From assembly GCA_001938485.1 (NCBI GenBank), contig MQRK01234575.1, forward strand, positions 1 through 64,000: a DNA stretch of 64,000 nt, read 5' to 3'. Under the pieces are notes generated by a model. The model made no database searches. It saw only the letters and a program-made list of their open reading frames with translations, and was not told the origin of the DNA. Positions within the stretch are counted from its first letter, which is position 1, and each line of letters opens with the position of its first letter. The DNA comes from Girardia tigrina (lineage: Eukaryota). Below, piece by piece: positions 59,101-64,000 of this stretch. A program made the translations under genes and the position numbers.

Positions 59101-61675
59101 TCTTCCTAGAAAATTATCTGCTGATGAAACTGGTGTTGAAAAAATATATCTAAATAAGTACAATAAATCTAAAATCTCGAAATAAATGTAAAATTTATTA
59201 CGATTTTTATTCATAAATTCTATTAAGAAAAATATTTAAAATTAGCATCAAAATGTTTAAAATTCATTTAATAATTATTAACATTATATTTAGGAAAAAT
59301 GTTTGATAAAATCAGTTGTCATTAAATGAAATAAATAAAAATATTTTTGACATTACATTCTAATAAAAAAATAAAGCTCAACAATTAAACTTCCAAATAC
59401 ACTTCGATTCAGCTAGAGTCTTCAGTCTCCAGGAAAATAGTTCTGAATTTATTGGATATTTTTGAAAAATAATTTTGTTAAAGCTTTTTTAAGAAATTGA
59501 TTATTGTACGTTTCGGAACTTATTTTCCATCGTTAGCAATTATCATATAATGTGTAGGATAATAAAATGTTAATTATTAAATGGATTTTAAACATTTTAA
59601 TATTATTTTTCAATAATTTTCTTAATAGAATTTATGAATACCAATAATAATCAATTGTAAATTTATTTAGAGATTTTAAATTTACATATATATGATTTAC
59701 AAATTTTAAATATTTAAAAAATCTCCAAAAATTTATCACCATAAAAATTGTTCCTGTTAAAATTGCTCCCTGGTGAATTTCTCGGAATAGGGTGAATTTT
59801 AATAGCAAAAATATCTGCAAGTATAATATCGATGTATAAAATATAGTACAGTTTTTTATGATAGGGTTAACCTTAACCTCTAATCTCCTAACACTAACCC
59901 TAACCCAGTATATCATTGAACAATTTTTGTATGGATAGCAGTTTTATAGGGAGCAATAATTAATGAAGCATTTTTGGGCTGTTGGGGTTCCTTTTGGTGA
60001 ACTTTAAATTTTTAATATTTTTAAATTTTTGATATTTTTAAAAATCATATTTATATTTTAAATAAATTAAAAATAATGTTCGATTAATTAAAATGAAACA
60101 ATTCTTTAAAATAAAAACCTTTTAAATTCTCTAAAAAAAGAACAGGCTCAATCTTTAAATTTTTGGAAATAATTAATTGTTATAAATAATCTCTAAAATA
60201 AAAAAAAATATTTAAAATCAAAAGTTTTAAACAGTTATTAGTAAAAAATATTTTAATTAATTTTAAATAGTTAATTTCATAAATAATTGAATTTTAATTG
60301 TTTTGCATTTATTTTAAGAGTTATTTGGAAGAATTTTTTGTTAAAATTTTTGTTGTCAGAGATTTAATAAAAAAAGATAATTTAAAGTTAAAAGGCAGTT
60401 GGAAATTCTGCAAATTAAAATTCGATAAATAATAGATAATATATATATATATATATANNNNNNNNNNNNNNNNNNNNNNNNNNNNNNNNNNNNNNNNNNN
60501 NNNNNNNTATATATATATATATATATATTCAAAATTTTATAATTAATGAATCTCTATTAAATAATAATAAATTTAAATATTGCAAAATATTTTTGTATTT
60601 TAAATTTGTAAATTATTTTTGGAATTTTTATTAAAAACAAATAAAAGGTTTTTATTAAAAAGAAATAATTTATAATTGAATGATTTAAAACCAAAGAAAG
60701 ATATTTAGGACTTGAATTTTTAAAATATTTTTAAAGATCTAAATTTATGCAAAATTGAATAAAATAACATATTTATATATTTATCAATATTATTATTTAT
60801 ATTTAGAATTTTGAGATCTGGATTATGTAATTAAAATATTGTTCCTCATAAATTTGTTTCAATAATGTAAATTGTAGTAGAAATAAAGTTTACAAAATTA
60901 TGACTTCCAATTTTAATCACGAACCTAATATGGGCCTTGTCTTTTTTTCCCTTATAGGTGAAAAAAACTGTTTTTTTAACGAAAAATTCGGTTAAAAAAT
61001 TAATATAGGGGAAAAGAACTGTTTAAGTTTAGGGTTTGAGTGTGTGAATGAGAGAATAATTCCCACCAACACGCACGTGAACTGATATATATATATATAT
61101 ATATATACAGAGAGGGAGAGAGAGTTAGGTGTTAAGAACTATTTGTGCAAACCTTAATCCAAAGTGCCTTTTTGTTATTTCGGTGAGACCCAGAACCACA
61201 TTTACCTCTATCGCAAACCTGGTGTGCCTTTATGAATACCCTATGGAAGTATTATGGGGGTGAAATATGGTGTGAATCAAAATTGGAGTATTGAGTAATT
61301 GGGAAGAAATCCGACCGTCATTAGGGTCACAATTTATGGTTGTCTCGTTTTAATTGTCTGGTGATGATTGTGAGCCTTTGATTCACTCTAACGAATATCT
61401 AAGTTAATTGAATGCAGTGTGAATGGGAGAATAATTCCCACCAACACACGTGCACTGATGCAACCTCATTAACAGTAATACTCAAAAATCCACGTCAATC
61501 ACAACACTCTACAATCAGTAGTAATCAACGCTATCTCACATAATCGATTAATTCAATGAACATCAAACCAGAAGATAAATAAAAACTAAAATAAAAATTA
61601 AACTAACTAACCTTGATTGGATTTAGCGATGATTTTTCTGGTAAAATTTGGTGTCTGTGATGCTGATCGAGACAT
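5606..61675 (-). CDS. CLASP: CLIP-associating protein (CLASP/orbit/mast family microtubule plus-end regulator), 27 coding exons, about 1174 aa
   Basis: Manual spliced model in transcript order: 61612-61675, 55911-55975, 48243-48335, 42365-42507, 42181-42316, 42062-42132, 38656-38793, 38355-38611, 36164-36229, 35866-36099, 29494-29537, 29333-29446, 29187-29287, 25310-25373, 22550-22713, 20683-20908, 15281-15432, 12220-12327, 11648-11828, 11055-11339, 8896-8941, 8731-8848, 8467-8593, 8293-8421, 5903-6109, 5732-5848, 5606-5680. All introns are GT-AG, phases agree, total 3525 nt including stop. CLASP motifs: GAVDEDFF, DWEKR, DLRSQVVREAC, LIPNSARIM, DADQEAR, SSHWSERKDGL, VVRAAEEC, ESHIRKASIFCLV, LLRLYI. 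Confidence 0.93.
6620..7062 (+). mobile_element. hATm-like DNA transposase N-terminal relic
   Basis: GAKLSSNRQVF...FDVADANALNIIKIPEDKLFLLTQRENG; similar to the N-terminal part of the 16.3-18.6 kb element. Confidence 0.6.
7750..8150 (+). mobile_element. mariner transposase C-terminal relic
   Basis: HQAYSSDLKPPDYHLF is a degenerate YSPDLAPSDYHLF motif. Confidence 0.85.
8293..8941 (-). CDS. CLASP: CLASP exons 21-24 (8896-8941, 8731-8848, 8467-8593, 8293-8421), start of CLIP-interacting domain
   Basis: ILAELCYLNQR / WNDVFKTTLMRLLDT / IRTLSLRVLQEL..RFDDFTHLTVLKILHCHKD. Confidence 0.92.
9030..9360 (-). mobile_element. Penelope-like element 3' relic with degenerate hammerhead motif
   Basis: Frameshifted NLKVL..DFGNC..ERIVWEVLLI resembles the GIY-YIG C-terminus of the 10.4-10.8 kb copy; followed by CTGATGA-AGTT-CCA-AGCT-GAAT. 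Confidence 0.55.
10440..10790 (-). mobile_element. Penelope-like element 3' relic (GIY-YIG C-terminus and pLTR)
   Basis: CLNSKVDLSNFKILCSQFDNYWERVMC (end of ORF 10655-10906) followed by a hammerhead core. Confidence 0.7.
10466..10523 (-). ncRNA. Minimal type-I hammerhead ribozyme motif (PLE-associated)
   Basis: Minus strand reads GUUAAUUUAGU-CUGAUGA-U-GACGG-UUGAU-CCGUC-GAAA-AUGAUU-ACAAUAUAUUUAAC; core and 5-bp stem II intact, stems I and III imperfect. Confidence 0.7.
11055..11339 (-). CDS. CLASP: CLASP exon 20 (linker; alternative acceptor would start it at 11351)
   Basis: 95 open codons, phase 0/0, |gtatgt donor; overlaps ORF 11040-11282. Confidence 0.75.
11648..11828 (-). CDS. CLASP: CLASP exon 19 (linker)
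   Basis: QEDIDNYIRRTTEDMQAMTY resembles CLASP 'EDIYSSLRGVTEAIQ'; overlaps ORF 11588-11836. Confidence 0.82.
12220..12327 (-). CDS. CLASP: CLASP exon 18 (linker)
   Basis: SKISRSNSFHDK...; phase 2/2; cag|...|gtaaga. Confidence 0.75.
12570..13800 (-). mobile_element. Ty3/Gypsy pol relic (aspartic protease and RT)
   Basis: LLDTGA (13555-13767); SPWNFP, RVCVDFRQLN, DLGKAYYQ, MPFG, YLDD (12578-13135). Confidence 0.93.
15281..15432 (-). CDS. CLASP: CLASP exon 17 (end of TOG3)
   Basis: ISNGLLLKLHSLHPQILGAISSCLPPITQ; cag|...|gtaata. Confidence 0.85.
16348..18648 (+). mobile_element. Decayed hATm-like DNA transposon with TIRs
   Basis: TIRs TAGGGGGTTGACTTTTTT / AAAAAATCAACCCCCTA; broken transposase with LHFDSK, ETTRVNT, IACQHHLL, ARLNSR (family motifs LHWDGK, DTT..NTG, CRHH, ARWM); TSD not preserved. 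Confidence 0.7.
19023..20569 (+). mobile_element. Tc1-family (DD34E) transposon, defective
   Basis: TIRs TACCCCGATTCAATTTTTTGCAATT at both ends with TA TSD; inner repeats near 19200 and 20370; FTDESRF, MVWGA, QQDNAPCH, SPDISQIE; frameshifts and an N gap. Confidence 0.93.
20683..20908 (-). CDS. CLASP: CLASP exon 16 (TOG3)
   Basis: SSFPLDLQ...WIFESKWQEIRK; overlaps ORF 20668-20895. Confidence 0.9.
22550..22713 (-). CDS. CLASP: CLASP exon 15 (TOG3)
   Basis: LYEWLYPLLLNLISKQASETL; overlaps ORF 22459-22695. Confidence 0.9.
22872..23010. mobile_element. About 140-bp MITE-like element with internal telomeric (CCCTAA)n
   Basis: Approx. 28-bp imperfect TIRs (TAGTTAGTTTTCGGTCCCCACTCGG / CCGGGTGGGGACCCAAAACTAACTA) around about six degenerate CCCTAA units. 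Confidence 0.75.
25310..25373 (-). CDS. CLASP: CLASP exon 14: VSDLRKFIEVLNTIFNDTKSK
   Basis: Matches the TOG3 'ELKRLCEIFTRMFAD' region; phases fit. Confidence 0.88.
27092..27310. mobile_element. piggyBac-type MITE, copy 1
   Basis: TTAA|CCCTTTCCA...TGGAAAGGG|TTAA; near-identical to 43901-44127. Confidence 0.9.
27700..28090 (-). mobile_element. MULE transposase relic
   Basis: Broken frames GCFF..ARNV, FKDNYVG, PLFPPRMWN, RTNKNAEAAHR. Confidence 0.65.
28400..28900 (-). mobile_element. hAT transposase relic
   Basis: IDVKTRWNYLYAMLHRFL (hAT TRWNS motif). Confidence 0.85.
29187..29537 (-). CDS. CLASP: CLASP exons 11-13 (29494-29537, 29333-29446, 29187-29287), start of TOG3
   Basis: SDDNGSETSS and SSSHWSERKDGLINFQNLL; 47- and 45-nt introns; the 44-nt exon 11 restores phase. 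Confidence 0.9.
32440..32995 (-). mobile_element. LTR-retrotransposon gag relic
   Basis: K/E-rich purine-biased broken frame ending in decayed zinc knuckles (CYKYGNEGHIRRE). Confidence 0.55.
33257..33473. mobile_element. pogo/Tigger-type MITE
   Basis: TA|CTGTATTTTCACGCATATAATCCGC ... GCGGGTTATATGTGTGAAAATACGG|TA. Confidence 0.8.
33740..34965 (-). mobile_element. 3' fragment of a LINE (ORF C-terminus with C2H2-like finger, plus 3' UTR)
   Basis: ORF 34507-34953, then decayed TFHSCFKEFAE*KELTKHIKTVH; 33845-34110 is homologous (inverted) to 49315-49555, which adjoins RT sequence. Confidence 0.65.
35866..36229 (-). CDS. CLASP: CLASP exons 9-10 (36164-36229, 35866-36099), Ser/Arg-rich linker
   Basis: Phase-1 symmetric exons, S/T/R/K-rich; overlaps ORF 35852-36082. 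Confidence 0.8.
38355..38793 (-). CDS. CLASP: CLASP exons 7-8 (38656-38793, 38355-38611), end of TOG2
   Basis: KGMADADQEARAMSRSAFIGFVLNFPQEA; 44-nt intron; overlaps ORF 38290-38565. Confidence 0.92.
39540..40340 (-). mobile_element. Penelope-like element relic (linker and GIY-YIG)
   Basis: SEVFDHCNFC...IILQTTFDFCFEKLYCE..RHKPLINKQ, typical of the PLE endonuclease C-terminus. Confidence 0.6.
40846..41659 (-). mobile_element. Internally deleted pogo/Tigger element
   Basis: TA|CAGCGGAACTTCTAATAGGCGGAC ... GTCCGGATAAGGAGGTTCCACTG|TA; HTH relic RKELTLAEKIKLI...VAKEFKIGKMQARYILKRK. Confidence 0.85.
42062..42507 (-). CDS. CLASP: CLASP exons 4-6 (42365-42507, 42181-42316, 42062-42132), TOG2
   Basis: DLRSQVVREACLTVA / LIGLIPNSARIMSTSG / SKSNGTRR; two 48-nt GT-AG introns. 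Confidence 0.95.
43901..44127. mobile_element. piggyBac-type MITE, copy 2
   Basis: TTAA|CCCTTTCCAGCCCA...TGGGCTGGAAAGGG|TTAA. Confidence 0.9.
44200..44790 (+). mobile_element. mariner transposase N-terminal relic
   Basis: YRSVIKFF, LNISVGTV, ITEDET..Y..ETKRESVEW. Confidence 0.75.
45917..47433 (-). mobile_element. Near-complete Tc1/Minos-like transposon with a 52-nt intron in the transposase (exon 1 47328-46891, exon 2 46838-46260)
   Basis: TIR CAGTGTCGCTCAA(A/T)TTAATCCGTCA with TA TSD; FSDES, QQDNAPCH, DLSPIEN; one nonsense TGA at 47173-47175; intron donor reads GG. Confidence 0.93.
48243..48335 (-). CDS. CLASP: CLASP exon 3: LSSNRELQETIGEIISGLKGNSEDWEKRIKS (TOG2 start)
   Basis: DW..R TOG motif; aag|...|gtaaga. 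Confidence 0.9.
48686..49558. mobile_element. Rearranged LINE: antisense RT fragment (about 48690-49312) joined to a sense 3' UTR (about 49315-49555)
   Basis: Minus strand DSNPREVLW...VRQGCVLGP..FAYADDL; plus-strand part matches the 33.8-34.1 kb UTR; candidate TSD AATAAAA(AA)GTAATTA. Confidence 0.75.
50925..53727 (-). mobile_element. Full-length but decayed MULE (FLYWCH-type zinc finger and MULE transposase)
   Basis: GG...CC termini with GTCAAAA-CCCC subrepeats; 9-bp TSD AATGAATTA / AATGAATTG; ORF 52728-52946 is FLYWCH-like; YALLLNKTKETY, ALTFVP, RTNNS motifs. Confidence 0.88.
54266..55260 (-). mobile_element. mariner relic
   Basis: LLQPDYARPH, PYRP*SPDLNP motifs; TAGGTT-type ends. Confidence 0.75.
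55424..55853 (+). mobile_element. Non-autonomous Helitron-like sequence (5' end with microsatellite; 3' GC hairpin and CTAG|T)
   Basis: A|TCTTATAAAAGCCCAAGTCACTCACTGCC...; GGCCGCGAAGCGGGCC-GAGCGCG-CTAG|T at 55827-55854; an N gap separates the two ends. Confidence 0.6.
55911..55975 (-). CDS. CLASP: CLASP exon 2: NVGAVDEDFFYNYFASIETKE
   Basis: Conserved GAVDED motif before TOG2; tag|...|gtaaat. Confidence 0.9.
56019..56150. repeat. (TA)n microsatellite with assembly gap; a similar one lies at 60439-60527
   Basis: Seen directly in the sequence. Confidence 0.95.
57020..57903. mobile_element. hAT (Charlie/Buster-type) non-autonomous element
   Basis: CAGGAGTGGGCA...TGCCCACCCCTG; subterminal GCGATCGAC repeats; 8-bp TSD CTATAGGA / TTATAGGT. 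Confidence 0.8.
57950..59200 (+). mobile_element. Highly decayed Penelope-like element
   Basis: RT-like YLRQNKCA..SDLPL; endonuclease tail HHSF*IDNIKTVAFAK; terminal hammerhead motif. Confidence 0.55.
59114..59157 (+). ncRNA. Minimal type-I hammerhead ribozyme motif (degenerate)
   Basis: UUAUCUG-CUGAUGA-AAC-UGGU-GUU-GAAA-AAAUAUAUC-UAAAUAA; stem I pairs 6/7; palindromic AUAUAU in stem III. Confidence 0.6.
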
Positions 61676-62443
61676 TCTAAAACAAATCAATTTTCCGTTT
61701 TCAAATAATCCGTAAAACTAAACTTCAAAAACGATTTTTATTGAATTCGCTTTGAAAACAATTTTTTAATGATCCAATATTTGTAAATGGAAAATCAATT
61801 TTTCGTTTTTATTTACTTTATTTGAAATAAAAATACTAATAAACGTCAATTAAATGAATTTCAAGTTGAAATAAAAATAAATTAATTTTCAACTGAAAAA
61901 CACTTTTAATTGTTTTAAAATAAAAGAACATTAAATGAGATTAGTAAAACAAGCCGTTCAAATGTGATTAGTAAAGAATAGAATTTTAATTATTAACGTT
62001 CGAAAATGATTCTTTAGTATCGTCGGTTGAAATTAGAAAATTAAATTGAAAAAATATAAGTTCTAAAATTTTAATTTAGTTATATTTTAATAATCACTGA
62101 ATTTTTTTATTCAAATTATAATAATTAATTATTTAAATTTTTATTGAACCATTTTTTTGTTACATTAAAATTATTTTTGAGGTTAAGTTAAGTTTTTTTA
62201 AATTTTATAAAATTTAATATTCGGCCAGTTATTTAAGAAATTTAACTCATTAATATTCTTAAGTAGAGTTAGGCAAAAATGTTTGATAAAATCAGTTGTC
62301 ATTAAATGAAATAAATAAAAATATTTTTGACATCACATTCTAATAAAAAAAAATAAAGCTCAACAATTAAACTTCCAAATACACTTCAATTCAGCTAGAG
62401 TCTTCAGTCTCCAGGAAAATAGTTCTGAATGTATTAGATATTT
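59290..62443 (+). repeat. Pair of about 170-bp near-identical direct repeats (59290-59461 and 62269-62443)
   Basis: Alignment by eye shows only a few substitutions and poly-A length differences. Confidence 0.9.
61612..61675 (-). CDS. CLASP: CLASP exon 1 (first visible): MSRSASQTPNFTRKIIAKSNQG
   Basis: ttgttttag|A-ATG ... CAAG|gttagt; phase-1 end fits exon 2. Confidence 0.7.
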
Positions 62444-62744
62444 CTGTCTCTATGAGTTTACATTAAAAGTATTGAATATCTTGTCTTTCCAAAGTTATAT
62501 TTGAACAAATAATATATTCTTTTATCTAATGGTATACTAAATTTGATGAGTGAAAGAAATGTTTGAAAGAAAGTTGAATCGAAAATATTTGAAAATCAAA
62601 TTGAAAAAGTCGATTGTTTGCTTTAATTATTAATGAAATATTTGTTTGAATATTCAGGTTTTTGTTGTAACAAAAAATTTTTTGTTAAAAGCGTGATCTG
62701 TTTTTTTGTTTTTGTCTCAATTTGTTCAAACTTAAAGCTACTCC

Positions 62745-64000
62745 CCCAGATGAAGACATTGATTAAAACTGTTAAACAGCACGATGGAGAAGAGGATATT
62801 GGGAAGTGGCTCAATCGCGCTAAAGTCATAGCTGAATAAGCTAATGAAGATTTGGCTTAAGCCACGCCAATGTTGCTGGAAGGTAAGGCATGTGATGTCT
62901 GGGTTAATTTAGATAAATCGTGGAAATGTGATATCGATGAAATCGAATCGACATTGAAAGATATGTTTCAAAAAAATGATATGGAAGTTTTTGATGAATT
63001 GAAGCAAAAATATGGAACGGCGATGAAAATGCCCAGAGTTTATTGAGTGATATAAAGCTCTTATGTTCAGAGTGTCGCATTACCGACAAAAATACAGTAA
63101 GCTTATTTTTTATAAGCTCTTTTCCGTCGAATGTGAAGGAAAAAATACAAACTTAGATCGAATATTCATAGATAAGTTTAGATTGTATTGCCAGTAACGC
63201 CGATGTATTTTTAAGGGAAAATCGAGAAAAAATTGTTTTAGTCGTCAGGAATAGCAAGGACAATAAATTAATTCAAGATGATGTCCGACAGCCACCAGGA
63301 TGGGATTGGAAACGTTCGCGACAGAACGCTCCCCAAGAAATGTCACAAAAGTCCAATGACGGTGTCGATGCGCCTATATAAAACCTATTTTGCTAAATGC
63401 TATACTTACGGTCAACCGGGCCATTTTGCAAGGAATTGCAATAATGTAAACTACAATGGAGAGCAGTAGGCGTCGCTGGCTCTCCTATTCAGACGCTACC
63501 AATTGTGAGTGCTTGAATAAATGGTATAAAGGTTCAGTCACTGATAGATACCGGCAGCACGATGAGTATGATCGAGAGAAAAGTATACTGTGAAGAGATA
63601 AACGAAAAAGTAGGATGGATCACTGGAGTGGGTGGAATAAAAGTAGAGTATAAAATGCAAGTTAGTGTTGAAGTAACCGTAGAAAGAAGAAGAGTAAATA
63701 TTGATATGTTAGTTATGAATAAATTAGTATCTGGTGTTGATGTGATTTTCGGAATGGATTTGATAAAGAAAATAAGAGGTATTGAAATTGATGTAGATGG
63801 TAATGTGTCGTAGAATTCGAACAGACAAGAAGAGAAGATAAATCTTCATGTCAGAGATTATGCAAGTAGAAAAAAAATATGGTAGAGTACACAGTGATCG
63901 ATGATGTTGACTTCACAGCAAGGTTTGATGGTAGTCGATGGGTGGTAAGATGGAAATTGAAAGAAATAAAACCAATTCTATGGAACACTGTGACTCAATA
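62745..64000 (+). mobile_element. Gypsy-like gag-protease relic (runs off the window)
   Basis: HDGEEDIGKWLNRA; zinc knuckle CYTYGQPGHFARNC; LIDTGS and IFGMD protease motifs. Confidence 0.85.

Overview
This is AT-rich animal genomic DNA, not prokaryotic. Composition, 44-64 nt minimal introns and repeat families suggest a flatworm/planarian-like host, but that is inference only. Almost the whole window (5606-61675, minus strand) is one gene, CLASP (CLIP-associating protein; orbit/mast/Stu1 family). I rebuilt it by hand as 27 GT-AG exons that stay in phase and give about 1174 aa: TOG2, S/R-rich linker, TOG3, linker and C-terminal CLIP-interacting domain. No TOG1 is visible. The large introns hold mostly decayed transposons: RTE-like LINEs, Gypsy pieces, two Tc1 elements (one with an intron), mariners, pogo/Tigger, hAT/hATm, a MULE with a 9-bp TSD, piggyBac-type MITEs, Helitron ends and several Penelope-like (PLE) relics. 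The most notable unannotated signals are: (1) minimal hammerhead-ribozyme motifs at the 3' ends of PLE relics, one with an intact core and sense to the CLASP pre-mRNA; (2) a splice acceptor 1 nt before the apparent CLASP start codon (possible SL trans-splicing or a TOG1-less isoform); (3) a LINE insertion with twin-priming-like inversion; (4) small TIR elements carrying TTAGGG repeats. All coordinates were counted by eye and no database search was run.
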